From Amphiscolops sp. MND2022 (taxonomy: Eukaryota), in assembly GCA_964187785.1 (NCBI GenBank), contig OZ076409.1, forward strand, positions 76,818,001 to 76,882,000: a stretch of DNA of 64,000 nt, given 5' to 3'. Positions within the stretch are counted from its first letter, which is position 1, and each line of letters begins with the position of its first letter. Of this stretch, positions 12,186 to 25,617 are shown piece after piece. The notes under the pieces are model-generated. The model searched no databases. It worked only from the letters and a program-made list of their open reading frames with translations, and was not told the origin of the DNA. A program made the position numbers and the translations under genes.

Positions 12186-15048
12186 TTCATCAAAATTGGA
12201 GGTTTGCAATAATTTAAACTTGCCACGATTGTTTTGACTACGATGTACAAGCTATTCCTTCTTTTAACAAAATGGCTAACACAATAACTAGCTCAATATT
12301 TTGGAACCAACTTATGTACATATCTATATACCTTCCTAGCATCATTTGTTCCTCACCTAAAAATTCGTAGGTATCACAGAAAATTGGTTTGTTCAATTGA
12401 AAACCTTGCTGATTCATATCATTTCGGTCCGGTGTCTAAATTTCAGGTATGAAAATTCCTAGTTGCGGTAGCCATCATGTGCCACTATTGTTGAAATCTT
12501 CTCCATTCCTCTCAAAATGGCAGCATAATTGAAGTCCGCTTGAGTTTTTGACAATGAACGCACGCCAGACGTGAGCAATTACTCAATTCTCAACTATGAA
12601 AATTGGGAGAAAAAAATGAAGAGATGGCAAGCAAAAACGGCACCGTGACTGAAGCGGAAGGAAAAAAGTTCAAGAAAAAATACCAAAACATTAAAAGATA
12701 GAAAAATGATGCTAGGAGGGCTTTTTCTGCTCGTTAACCGATTCGTGTTAACATGAATGCATTCAAGTTAGCATGATTCGTATAAAATGGAAAAGTCATC
12801 ACAAAATAACGAAGCACTTCTTTGCTCGGGGATATGTTTATACAAAAATACAACAAGGGTTTCACGACCAGCATTTTGCTAAACTTTACAATCAAGTACA
12901 TCGATGAAACAACAACATTTCACATTTTCATCAAACTGAACTGCATTATAAACGTTAAACAACTCAAGATCCTAATATACTAGTTATTCATGATCATCAC
13001 TTGCTATTCATGATCATCAACTTTCAATCATCACTAGCTTCATCATTTCTTGTAAGTTTTCCTTCACATAAGAGGATAAAGTAACTTATTAGGGGAGCCA
13101 ACCTACAAATGCAACGTAGTGTCAACGTGTGTAATGAGATTAACTGTAGCTGACCAGAGGTTGATGGAGGGATTACGGCGAGATTAGAAATCGTTCAATT
13201 ATCTTAATAGAGACGTTACAGAAATCATTCTTATTAGCTTGAGCGCAAGTATGCTGTCCTAGCTACGTTGCTATTGGCTCGCAGATTTACCAATTCTAAG
13301 TATTTGTTTTGCAGTAAAACGCTTCCACTGCGTTGCAAATAGTTGCTTAGATTACATACTTAGATTACATATAAAACGAATCTATTGTACTGTTTTAAGA
13401 ACTTGTTTTATTAGTTGTTTCAGGTCGAATAGTTTCCCTTGGGATTACGGAATAAATGTTGTTTTCGTTTTCTTCTGAGTTGGAAGGACGAATGGAGACA
13501 TTTCTTTTACGCATTTGTGTTTTGTTACATTGTATAGGTTGTTATGGAATGTGCTCAAAAACTAGAACAAGAAATGTAGTAAATTGAAATCTGCATGAAT
13601 TGTCACACAGGAAGTTCATTAGAAGATTTCCCTAAGTGAAATATTATTTCACTTCAACTATTCGTCAACGATTTGTTGTCGTAAAATTCTGTTGTTGTGG
13701 CTTATTTGATTGTACTGAAAGTAAAGTTTTCTTATTTAGTAAATCTTAGGTTTTTCATGACCAAGTCCTGCCATCTCCCTGTGGATGCCGTGACAAAAGT
13801 ACATGCAGCAGTCGGAAGGGCTGTGACAATGATTTCTCTAAAAGTCCAACTAGCTTTCTCCGTTGACAATTTTTTGAATTTTTGATTCAATACATTTTAC
13901 CTCGATTTCCCCAATTTACACAAAGAGTTGAATTATTTGTAATTCAGAACACTTTACGTATGGGTCATTCGACTAGTGAAAAGATTTGAGAACTAAAAAT
14001 CTTGAAATCCATTGACAATTCGCCAGGCGTTAGCAATCAATCAAATACATTTACGTTAAGGACAATCAATTAACACAAATTAGTTACGGAAACGTGAATA
14101 ACTCACTGAGTATTTGTTTAAACGCTGCCACAAACGGTAATAATTATTAGACAGGTTTTTTTTCAAACAAATCAAAATCATTTACGTTTAACAGTGTATG
14201 AGTTAAGCTATCGTTGTATTTGCAATTTGTGACAGCCCTATATATGCTTGGCATATATTGTTTGGCAATTCTAATTGTCAAATTCGACGAATACAATAAC
14301 TAGTACCCGTAAATTGAAATTTTACATCAAATAATGCCAATTGTGTCAATTGTTGCAATGTCCCAGGGAATAGAAAATTAGAAATGAAAAGCAACGCGTT
14401 GTGATATCGAGTGTTTTCAACAAGAAACAACGGGTTGTGATTTCGAGTAAAACAATGGAATAAAAACAGATCTTGCTATCCAGCAAGGAGCAGTACTGGA
14501 ATGCTCAAACAATCGAAAAATCAAAATAGAATAACACGTTTCAAATTGATGTGTCATGTGTTTTTGTTTTTAAAAATTGTTTCAATTAATTGCAATTAAC
14601 GTAATAATTGTTTTTTCACAGGTAATTGATTGTTAAATGATTTTTTTTTCGTAAAAATTGCGTTAATTGATTGCTTAGCCCGGCCAGTCTCAAAACTAAA
14701 CTTTTGACATAAATTTTGAGAGAAGAGACTAGTCGTATCCTAGACAAGAAACAATTAACATGCTGCCTATCCCAAAAATTACAAGGCCTCGTAATTTTTT
14801 CATCCATGTACGCCAACAAGATATTTCAATCAGTTATTCAAACTCATTCCGTTTTATCCTGGTGTCTGTTATGTGGGATCTCAATTCCTCGGAATATCTC
14901 CATGCAAAGTTTGAATCGAAACTTTTTTGATTTAAAACAGGTTGTCCCTTTTGTCTGTCTTCCTGGTTTGCTTGGTTAAAATTAGTAATGTTCGAAAACT
15001 TCGTTCTGTTGAACCGATTGCTGTATGTTGGTTCGAGATAAAAAGAAT

Positions 15049-15203
15049 TTTCGTCGTCGGAAATTTCGTCGTCAGAAAATTTGTTGTCAAAATTTAGTCG
15101 TCGGAAGTTACTTCGTCGTCATAACGAACAGTTTGTTTTAATTGTTGTTAGTTCCAATCAAACGACGAATTTGCCACGACGAAACTTTTGACGACAAAAT
15201 TTC
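15049..15203. repeat. Small foldback element made of TTCGTCGTC-type units followed by inverted GACGACGAA-type units
   Basis: About five direct units at 15049-15120 and inverted units at 15160-15203. Confidence 0.65.
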
Positions 15204-17079
15204 AAGAGAGAAATATTCCGCTTACAAATAACGTAAAGCCTTCTGGTCACGTTTTCACAACATTGTGTCGGTTGATACCGTCGGTTTCTCTGGGCTCCTT
15301 GCTATGTTTTTTGTTCGTGATCGAAACCTTTGATGGCGTCCCGATAAAGGGTTGATCGCAGGTAAGACTGGACTTTGGAACACTGTAGATTACCCGATCG
15401 GAATCAAAACGTCTTCGAAATTGTTGCCCGGAGCCCTGTTGTTGTTGACGACAAGTTTACGTTGATAAAGTGGTCTGTGTTGTCCAATGTGGTTTGTTTT
15501 TGCTCACCGCGTTCATCGTGGGTTTTACTATTCGAATTGCACACCATTTTTCCTTGCTTCTTCTTTAAATGGTTTGGCTGGGAATTTCGAACTGTGGGAG
15601 GATTTTGGTGTTTGGCAAATGAAAGACTGATGTCGTATGCATGTGCATCTTGCATCGTTTCTACCTTCCCATCTATTTTGTTCAAAAAGTCTGCAAAATT
15701 TCCGTTCGAGACTTTCTCAATAGATCGTTTGTCTGCTTTGTTATAAAAGGAAAAAATCATTCTTGTTTCTGTAATTGCGTTAGTTTAAGACATTTGGGCT
15801 TTTTTGTTGTTTTTTGTCCCAGGTTTTGATCGACTGCGTTAACTTTTTTGATTGAATTACTTTGAATTACCTTCGTGTTATTCGTAACAGTTGTTCATTA
15901 CAATCTTTCCGGTTTTCTTCCTGGTAATCCTCTGATCGTTCTGATATTTCAATCAGGTTCAAGTTTCTTAACTTTTGTCAGGGTATTGTTTAACTGGTGC
16001 GTCGAAGTGAGATTTTTTTATCGCATCAAATATGCGCAGTTTTGTTTGTGAGCTTTATTTTCCCGGAGTATCAGTCGTAAGGTTTGAAGTTTAGTTTTCA
16101 AAGCTACCTTCGTTTTATTAGTAAAAACGGTTTCATTCACCATGTCAAATGGGAATGTTGAGTCTCGTTGATGGCTTTTCGGCGTCGTTTAGGAATCTGC
16201 CTGGATAAGAATGGTTGGAGGGTTTTGGAGTTTTTGCTCTTGCCAAGAATAGCTTCGAAGCCCTGTTTTACCGCGACCGTTGTTCCTATGTTTTTCTCAG
16301 GTAGAATAAAGCTGGGTTTCAGATTTTTCCTGCCTATTATTTTGAAGAGTCATTATTTTTATCGACCTGTTTGTGTTCCAATCTCATTTACCGTTGTTAT
16401 TGGGCAATTGTTCCGTTTTGTCCGACATATTTGTTGATTTTCCATGGTGTTCATTTTTTTAGCGCGTCCACTTCCTTGGTCGTCAATCGGTTTTATACCG
16501 CTTTCGTTTATTTTATGAGACTATAACACTTTCTGAAGACCGTGTATGTCTTAGACGGCGATTAATTAGCAGACTGAGTTACTGTGGCTGGTTCAGTTTG
16601 ATCTCATCTATACCTCATTCACAATTCGACTCTTTTTGGGAACCATAATTTATCATGTTGTGCAGTCGTCATTTTTTCAGAGCGTTCATTATCTAAATGT
16701 CTTTGAAAGGTGGTCGAAATACGCCGGAATGATGTCTGACAAAAAAGCAGATGCAAATCATAATTTAGGACCCATCTTTCTTGAGATTGAATTCAGAATT
16801 CACAGTTTTCATCGAAAATCAAATTTGATCACTTCTGTCTGTTTTTCTTGGACGAACTTAACGGAAAAGCGCGAAGATTTTATAAAGGTCTCTCTTATTG
16901 CGGACAAGACGGCTTCATCAATTGCACTGAAGAACTGTTACCGTAAACAGGCTCAAGGGTAATGATATCTCTAGCTTGTAAAATTTTTATTTTCCGCCCA
17001 CATTAATGGGGGAGGAAAATCATAATCTGTGTTGCGTTTTTTTTTTCAAATTCTGCTAAAACTCCACCTTATACTCCAC

Positions 17080-17137
17080 TTACTCAGCCTCCCTGCTCAG
17101 CCTCCCTACTCAGCCTCCCTACTCAGCCTCCCTACTG
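17080..17137 (+). repeat. 13-bp minisatellite (TACTCAGCCTCCC) x4
   Basis: Direct tandem copies are visible, followed by loose AAGATCTAAA repeats to ~17260. Confidence 0.85.
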
Positions 17138-18816
17138 AGAGGAAGGAAGAATATCTAAAGTAAAAATGGGAATAAGATCTAAAAGAATTAAGATCTAAAA
17201 TTTCAGGACCGGAATAATATCTAAAGGGAATAAAATCTAAAATCACTAAATTTTAGATCTTACCCTAGTTGAAACTGCAGGAACTTTTTACATGCTGCAG
17301 TCCTGCATGCAGGGTAATTTTTTTATAAAACCTAGAAAATTCAGCGAAGTTCAGTTGGTAAATCATGTACAATTACATCGCATTTTCCACTCCTGCAATT
17401 AAATTTGAAAATAAATTCCACTACATCACCGAGACGATCAGTTTGTATTCACACTTTGTTTTCTCAACTACTCGTCTGATGTGATCACCGCTTCTCAAAT
17501 AGCACGCTGAAGATGACGCTAATTCGCAGTTTATTACGCGACTGAAGTAATTTTGAATTAAGTTAGCGGTAAAATTGATAGCAACTTATTTGCTTTTAAA
17601 ATTATAGCTGCTGCTCAATGAAACCTGGAAAACTTCAATGCTTAAAATTGCCGCCAAAACTTTGATGAATCTTCCAAGCAGCTTGATAAAAGTTAAATAC
17701 AACAGGGAGATATTTTCGCATAAAAAATTCTGTAAGAGTTTTAGAAAATCATAATAAAAGTTACTGGCAACATTGAAGTACATGGAAAAAGTTTTAGCAG
17801 TTTCATCTAGGGTATACTTTAAATCCTATCCTCCCAAAATAGCTAGGGCTCAGTTGGTGAAGGCGAAGAGGGCGGAAAATATCGCGGTGTCTAGCGGTTG
17901 TCTTCTTTATAGTAAAATTTTTAAAAAAATTCAGCCATTTAATTTATTTTCCCCCTTAAGTACTTCGCGAGACCAAATGACTTCACGATTGCGACGTGTT
18001 TGCCAAAAGTTTTCGCATGTTGCATGTTTCAACGGACGTGCCTTCAAATATATTGAAGTTTTTAGGATCTGAAATCTTGATGAACAAGAGGTTCACAATC
18101 TTGAGTTAGTGGCAGTTTTGATGAATGTTGTTATATCGGAAAGTTTACAGCTTCTTTAGCTAGCTTTGTTTCTACTATAAGAGTGAACGAAGCTCTTTCG
18201 AAATCCTATCGGCGGACCACTGAGTTGGTTACTGTAGGTTTTGCTGTGGTAGTCAAAGGCAGCCGTTAAACCAAAATATGGAAAAAAACTCTTTTTAAAA
18301 AATATTTGAAAACCGAGATTCAATAGTTCAGTCTATATTCGCTCCGAACCACTGCTTAAACAACGGCTTGAAAATAAGCGATGCGTGAAGTTGTTTTCCC
18401 CTTATAACTACATGACAAACATTTACAATCAAATTAATTTCAGTCTGTTGTTTCATTAATTGTTGAAATTAATTGAACGTTTTACATGATGTTAAGGTTG
18501 CTAAAAACTTTATGATGACTTTCGATAATTCTTGCAAAAACTTTGATGCATAATAAAATTCCTGGTTGTTTTTGGCTTTTATTAAGTTACTTTAAAAATC
18601 CATCAAACGTTTTGATTTCAAACCATGAAAGTTTGCAGATTGTAAAATGTTGGACTAAGATATCATAAACGTATGATAAAATTTGTATACAGTGTCCGAA
18701 ACGCACTCCAAAACTAAAAACTGCTATTTCAGTACAATTTCAGTACTGCAGTTTCTTTTAGTCCACTATTTTTCAAAGTAGGAGTTTGATTTGTAAACAA
18801 ATCAATTAGACGAGCT

Positions 18817-18972
18817 GGTCTTCAGACTTGAAAGATCAACTCAGAAAAGTTCAATTTATGCACTCTGTAGTACGAAGCACGAATCATATAATATGCATAC
18901 TATGATTTGTGCTCCGTACTGCAAAGTGCATAAGTTGGAATTTTCTGAGTTGATCTTCTCAGTCTGAAGACC
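18817..18972. repeat. 156-bp imperfect palindrome (MITE-like)
   Basis: The ~72-bp arms starting GGTCTTCAGAC and ending GTCTGAAGACC differ at about 10 positions when compared by eye, with a short central loop. Confidence 0.85.
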
Positions 18973-19331
18973 CATGTGTCCATGATTGATACAATCTTGC
19001 TACGGTCCCACTAAGATATACGTTATAGTGACGTGAGAGTCAGTCTGGGCAGGTACTCAAAAAATGTAACCTGAATCCAGGCCTTCGGCATGTAAAAATC
19101 CAGCAGTTTCGACCAGGGCAAACGAGAACATTGTCATCTTCTGAGCAGACGCTCTCAAGAAATAAAGCACTTTTCTGAGTCCATCAAAGTAAATGAACCA
19201 TCTTAAGACCTCTTACTCATTACTACCCTTTCGCTGATTGTGAGAAAATATTCGCAAATTGATGTAATCACACTTACTTCGACAAGACAGTATTTTTTGA
19301 AACTTTTATTTTAAAATTCGGTTACTCAAGA

Positions 19332-19434
19332 ACATGCGGGAGAAAATAATTGTGTATTTTTTACATGGAGAGTTTATACTAATAATTAGCTTAAACTCTC
19401 CATGTAAAAAAATACATTTTTTCTCCCTCATGTT
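19332..19434. repeat. ~100-bp imperfect palindrome (MITE-like)
   Basis: TGTATTTTTTACATGGAGAGTTTA pairs with TAAACTCTCCATGTAAAAAAATACA, and the outer GGGAGAAAA pairs with TTTTCTCCC. Confidence 0.8.
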
Positions 19435-20419
19435 TATCGAGATCAATCTGCGTTTCAATGTTTTATTGCAAACAAACTAAAAAGCAGAATTCAAAGATTA
19501 AGAAGTTTCGATGGAACACATTGGGATGAATAAAAATTTCAGTTACCGAAAGTTAGCGAAAACGAAAGTTTTTGATCAGTAAAATGACTGACAATTGATA
19601 TTTCGATCTGTCAAAAGCGACATTCAAAACGAAACAATCAGCTTTCAAATTTTCAATAATTTCTATGAAGTCAAAATGAATTCATCTCAGTATGACTTAA
19701 TTTCGTCTTTCAGTGATATTTTATCGGCTTTCATTTCCTACAATGACTTTACCCAATTAAAATTAATCAAATGTCAGACTTTGTTAGTAGCTGAATGAAA
19801 TAGTTCAGCATCACGACAGGAATCCACTTCAAAAATGAAGGAAGTCGTGATGCCTTCTCATCCGTTAACTACTAAGATGAAAATGGTTTGCTCCCTATAT
19901 AATTTCAGAGCTCATGTCAATATTTGGCGTAATTTGTTGAGCATCAAATTTTCCAGTTCAACGAAAGAATCTTACTTTTTCATCCAAGAAGTTTTCATCT
20001 TTTAACCGAAACAACTCCTCAATCGTAATAGACAGTGTTGATAATTTGATTACAATAATTGATAGTTGGCACTTTGAAAATTTTTGTGCATCAGAAACAT
20101 TGTGGGAGAGTGCTGACGTTTTCTGAAATAGAAACGCTAAACTCAGATTCTAGGGATACTTTTCAGCATTTTAGCTCCTATGGCAACATCTTGCCATGTT
20201 CTTATTGTTCTATTTTACAGATATATTGACAAAGAGTAAAGATGGGATTAAACTAAAGTTTCTATTTCTAGCAACTGTTCTTTAGATATGAAAAACGTAC
20301 TAATGTAACTTCTAGTTATATGTTTCTTTTCAGTTTGTTGGTAAACAACACCTGGTCTTCTAGACAATGTATGAACGGAAACTCGGCAGAGGCCAGGAAC
20401 CGGAATGAACCGAATTTGA

Positions 20420-23400
20420 CATTCCCCACTCTGGGAATTTGAAACTGGATGATGGCCCCGGGGAAGACGTCCGATGGCTTCTGAAAAAAAGTGTTCCTTT
20501 GTGTCAATTTCACTTGGGACCTGTAATGAACACAATATTCATTAGACAATTAGGATTTCAGTCCCATATATTTGGTTTTTGGATGTTTCAACTGGATCTC
20601 CTTATTTTTGTTTCTTATATCTCACCTGATATCTCTCCGTCGGTATGTATTTGTATTGATCCTCCTCCGCATTGATCCGGATCGGCGCATATCTTCCGTC
20701 ATGTTGGGAAGTATAATAGACTTTTCTTCCGGTATTTTCCGGCATCTCTTCATCTTCACCATCGTCGTCATCCCCTGATTCGTCATCGTTCGGTTCTCGG
20801 TTGTGCAATAATAATTTTCAGATTGTTCGACTATACGTTTATCGTGGAAGATCTCGTCCCCATTGGCCATATTTTTCATACAACCCTCGTCGGCGGTGGC
20901 TGTTTTTCGAGTTTATTTTTCCGCTTGTGTTGATGGTTGCTTCCCGTCAAACTTTTTTCGGTCTGAACGAATGATCTCGAAATAATCTTCCGGTTTGGTT
21001 TTTTTCCTGTGACCATTCCGTTACTTTCGGTTCCACGGTTTGTGCTTTCTTTTGAATTTTCCTCTCTTACGATTTTTCGTTGTAGTTTTCCTCAACAAAG
21101 GTAGAAGGATATCCAACCGAACGTTTCTTCTTCAGAAACTTTGAACCTTTGGTTAAATGGTTTTTTCTCTCTTTTTTATCCTTGCCATTACTATGTGGTT
21201 ATCACGAACCACATAGATGGTTATTTGTGACCTGTTCGGTTCTGAAACAGACAAATCTCAACAATTAGGTAGTAGGTCGTTCGGCTTTTAACAGTGTTTG
21301 TCAATTCGGTTCTCGGTTTTCCACAGCGATGTAATTCAAATGGCGTTATCTTAACTTCCGTGTGTTTAGTAATTCGCATGACCCGTACCGCTTGATTTAC
21401 GCTTTCGGTTAGACTTATTCCGTCTTCCATGTTTGCTATCATTAAACATTTGAGCGTTTGTATTGCCCTCTCTACTACTCTGTCCCCCGTATGTATTGGG
21501 GGGTGCATAGTACTCTATCTCAGCATTTCGGTTTTTAGAGAATTCCCAGTTCTCTTATAAGAAAGTTACTTGATAGAAAATGTTTTACATCTTTAGGATC
21601 GGACGTTTCGCAAATATTCATTGTCGGCCATTTTTTTGCTAAGTCTTCCTCTCTTCCAATGCGTATTTGTTTTTTTCCGTGGTTTTTTAAATGTACTTTT
21701 CCGATAAAATTACTTTTGTTTTTCTCCACCGGGTTTAATTATCTACTCTAGTTTTGCGTGAAAAATTTTTTCGGTAATTGGTATTTATAGTTTTTACCTG
21801 ATGCAAAGCATGCTGTGCAATTTTTTACTCTCGATATATTTCTTCATTTCTGGCCACCAAAATATTTTTGCCTCGGATATCGTCTTGCTTATGTCGGAGT
21901 GATCAAAATGAAGGATGCCCAGCAGTCGTCTTCTAAGATCGATTGGGATAACAATCTGATCGTCGACAGAAACGAGGCCCCACCTGATAAAAGGTCTGTC
22001 AAAGACTGGCCGGTAAACATCCGGAATTATCTCTCCGTCTTCGCGTCGCATACACGTGCTCACGTTTGTTACTTCCGGGTCAACAATTGTTTACGAAATC
22101 AAGGTTTTCCGGTCCATTACAAAGTCCTACTCGGCTTCTTAAAGGTGGTCTTTGGTAATTTGCTTGTTGGCAGTGAGTTTTCCGACAATATAAATTAACT
22201 GGAAGTAATGCTCCTCCTCACCGTCCGTTTTGTATCCACAATCGCTAAGTTGTTGCTCGTATAAACACATAGCCTTCTTAGTTTTCTACTTTTGGCTGCT
22301 TCCTGTTCCATTCCTTCTTCTTCCGGCATTTTTTCAGCTTCTTCTTTGATTATAGGCTGATTGCCATCTCCCAGTCTATTTGCTAGCCTCATCAATTCCG
22401 CATCTACTTCGGTGATTTTGTTCTCTGCTCCTCTTGTTCGGACGTGATGGAGCAAAAACCGTCCGTTGTGATTGCGGGTCGTACCGGCGTTTTAGTGTTC
22501 CCGTTCGGGATAATGCGTTCCTCTGCGCAATGTATCTCCTCGTCTCTGGGCTGTTGTCTGACATCCTAATAAAATCAATATCTCGTGGTAGATGAGGTAG
22601 ATTCCCCCAATGATGAAAACTTTGTCGGTCCGTTTTTATATGGTTGTTCTTTTTGGAAGATCGACTGAATATCGGACTGCCCAGATGTAGTTGTTTCGGT
22701 TTGTTGAATTCGGTTCAGAATGTTCTTGTTCTCGAATGCTCTTTTCAGTTGTGATTGGTGTGTCATGAACAACCATAATGAACAACCATTCTTAGCTTTT
22801 TCAAAGTTTTCGGAATCATTCTTATTCATCTAGGTTGTATTTTCATCGAATTCTGATAAGTCGGGGAACAGTGCTCCGTTTTTCCAGTTCATTCAAACTT
22901 CATACGTTAAAGTCTTCATTACGTATTCTTCATGCATGTTTTCTAGCATGGCTCCCCCTACTGGAATTCTACTGAAGCAACTGGAAGAATTTCAAATTAC
23001 TGCGTCAATACGCTGTATTGAAATTTAGTAACGAGCTAGGAGGTAAAACCATCTTGGCAGTTTCACGCGATAAACGTTCTTCCCGTGAAGGTATATGCGG
23101 AATTTTTGTAAAACTCACACTACCTCTTATAAATCTAATCCATCGAACATTGGTAACCTATTTGCAATATAAGGTATGGCCCCGAGTTCAATTCATTTGT
23201 GTTCGCCGTTGGCTTTAATTTTAGTATTGCTTCCAATTGTTCTTCATTCGCTTCTATTACGTTCAGGTGAATTTTGTGTCCCAACCAATTTGTTTGATTC
23301 ATGAAAACTGTGATGTCTTTTACCAGCTTGGTATCCTTTTCTTGTTCGTAAAGAACGTCGAGGAGTTTCTTTTGAACTTATGTCGTCTAGCCAGCCGGTC

Positions 23401-24140
23401 GCCGAGTGTTCGGTCAAGTTTTTTTTGAATTGTTTTCGGTATATCGGCAAGTCCTAGAGTCATTTTTGAATCTATAAAAGCTGTTGTATTTCCCTCCATT
23501 TCATGCAAATACGCATTGTCGGCTTGTTTCCTCGGATAGTTTGATTTGTCCGTATGAGTAATCCCGATCAATTTTTCAAATGAGTGATTGTGTTGTTTGG
23601 TTCCGCAATGGATAAAGAGTTTATGTTCTTCATCTTTTCTGATTGGCTGCTCTGGACCAATCATTCTTCCAATTGTCACAATGAATGTTTTCATCCAGTC
23701 CATTCCGAGTGATGGCGCTGTATCAAGTCTTACGGTAATTAGTATTTCATCTCTGTTGGATATTTTCGTATTCCACATTTGCCGGTGTTTCCCCCGAAAC
23801 TTTACTTCATTTTCTTCATGTCATGATATCTCTTTGTTGTTGACAAACTGAAATACTTTCATCAATGTATATTGTTGATCGGACGGTAAACTGCGGGCAG
23901 AACTCAAATCAAGAACAGTGCTCCTAATGTGATTTGTCTATAAGCCGACAATCAAATTAGGTCACCGACAGACACCAGAAGCGGGAGATTTTGGTTTGAA
24001 ATTAGTAGCAAGAATTTCGCAGTGTCAATTTCATTAGAAGTGTGAGAAGGAGAATATTCATGACAGTAGGAAGGACCTCAGGCACACAGAAGTTTCCGAC
24101 ATAAATCCAGGGGTGAACCGAAGTCACGGGCCAGCGCCAA
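20420..24140 (-). mobile_element. pol: Heavily decayed Ty3/Gypsy LTR retrotransposon
   Basis: Fragments lie in PR-RT-IN order on the minus strand: protease/RT pieces (23320-23778), WLDDI (23244-23450), integrase zinc-finger IVIP..LRRRLL..LH..H...FWWPEM (21794-22063) and integrase core VERAIQTLK...TPFELH (21221-21508). A PPT-like GAGTGGGGAA precedes TGTCAAATT near 20430, and a PBS-like TGGCGCTGG lies near 24138. Many stops, frameshifts and deletions. Confidence 0.8.
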
Positions 24141-25544
24141 AAGTATAACCAGACACAATTTAAGAATACGGAAGAAAATTTAGCGGAAACGGGCTCAAGA
24201 AACGGAGTGAGATCAACAAAAATATTTAGATATCAAACAATGCTCAGAATCCCTCCGTTAAAAAGGATTTAACCTCAGACACAGAGAAATACCAAACAAA
24301 ATTTATTCCGTAACCAACAGTCGATCCCGCTCAGCGCGGCGAAGGCGTTTTTTTGTTTATTTTTTTGGGTCTGCTATTCTGAACAAGAGCAGGAAGTTTT
24401 TTTTACCATAGTTAAAGATCAAAGTGAGGAACCTGAAGTCTAGTTCAAGGAATCGGTGAAGCAATGAGTTTTGTTTCAAAAGGTTCCAGTTGCGAGCTTT
24501 TCTTTAGGAAATCAAGTCTTTCAAAATGTGAACTGTAAATACAGTGTTTGAAAACTATCAGGCACACCTTGTCTTTTACAGTAAACTACAGCTTTCATTC
24601 GATAACGGAAGGTAGTGAGGACGTTTTGTATGTGCTGCGCGGTTAATGGATTTTCTCCTTTACTAGGGTGTTTAACCAAAGAGTTGTTGGCTACGTCGTG
24701 CCAAACAAAAAGGTCACGTTTGCTTTTAAAATAGTTTTATACTGAAGTAGATACTGAACTGTTTATCTCTTGTTTACTGCGCTAGGATTGCAGCTAAGTC
24801 CGGGAAAAGTAAACACTAAGATGCGAGCGTATGAAACCGAAATTTTTTTTCGGAGGGGATTTTAAGAAAAAGTGAACTTTAAAGGAAAACTGACCGAACC
24901 GACCTAAGTTCTTTTGTCCTCTGAGGCTGATTTACTTTACACACTAATTATAATAAGTTTGAACAATTTAAGCACCGAGTGAGTTCATGAGACTTTTAAA
25001 TTTCGAATGTCTTAAACGAATTTTTTCACAAGTTTTTCAAACTTTCCTAAATTTGGTTTGGGTGTATCTTCGGAGCTGGGGTGACTTTCGGGGTAGAATG
25101 GTTGAGGTGAATTGTTTCATTTTTGGGGAAGGTCGTTGGGGTTCAAGCTCCCCATCGATGACGGCCAGACAATGTTCTACACCAACCACAAGAAGGTTGA
25201 CTAGACAAGAATACCGGGTCGAGGCACCAAAATGTTTCAACTTCGTCTGTCTTAATCGAATTGGGTAGGTGAATGGCTTTTTAAAACTAAGTCTGAAATC
25301 TGATTCAGGGTATTTCGACAAAACAATAATATCCGAGTTCTCAGTGAATACACAAGACGATTTCTATGTAACTTGCTTTGAAACGGCATCATCAGCAAAT
25401 AGTACATGTCAAAACAAGAGAACTGCACACTGTTGTGTAATGTTTACAAATAAGTAAATTAATTAGATGACATACTTTCAGAGGACAAAGGAAAAGATTA
25501 CGTAAGAAACGAGACGCAAAAACGAACAATTAGTTCACCCGGAA

Positions 25545-25617
25545 TGAGCCCCCCGTGGGGATCGAACCACTTCGGTATGGTGGGCAGGCACCGATCATAC
25601 CACTAAGCCATAGCGGT
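25545..25617 (-). pseudogene. tRNA-derived SINE head or tRNA pseudogene
   Basis: Minus-strand A box TGGCTTAGTGG (25600-25610) and B box GGTTCGATCCCC (25557-25568). The anticodon arm is not intact. Confidence 0.5.

Noticed and set aside
25037-25321. 94-aa minus-strand ORF that could be an exon
   Set aside because: No recognisable domain and no convincing donor site.
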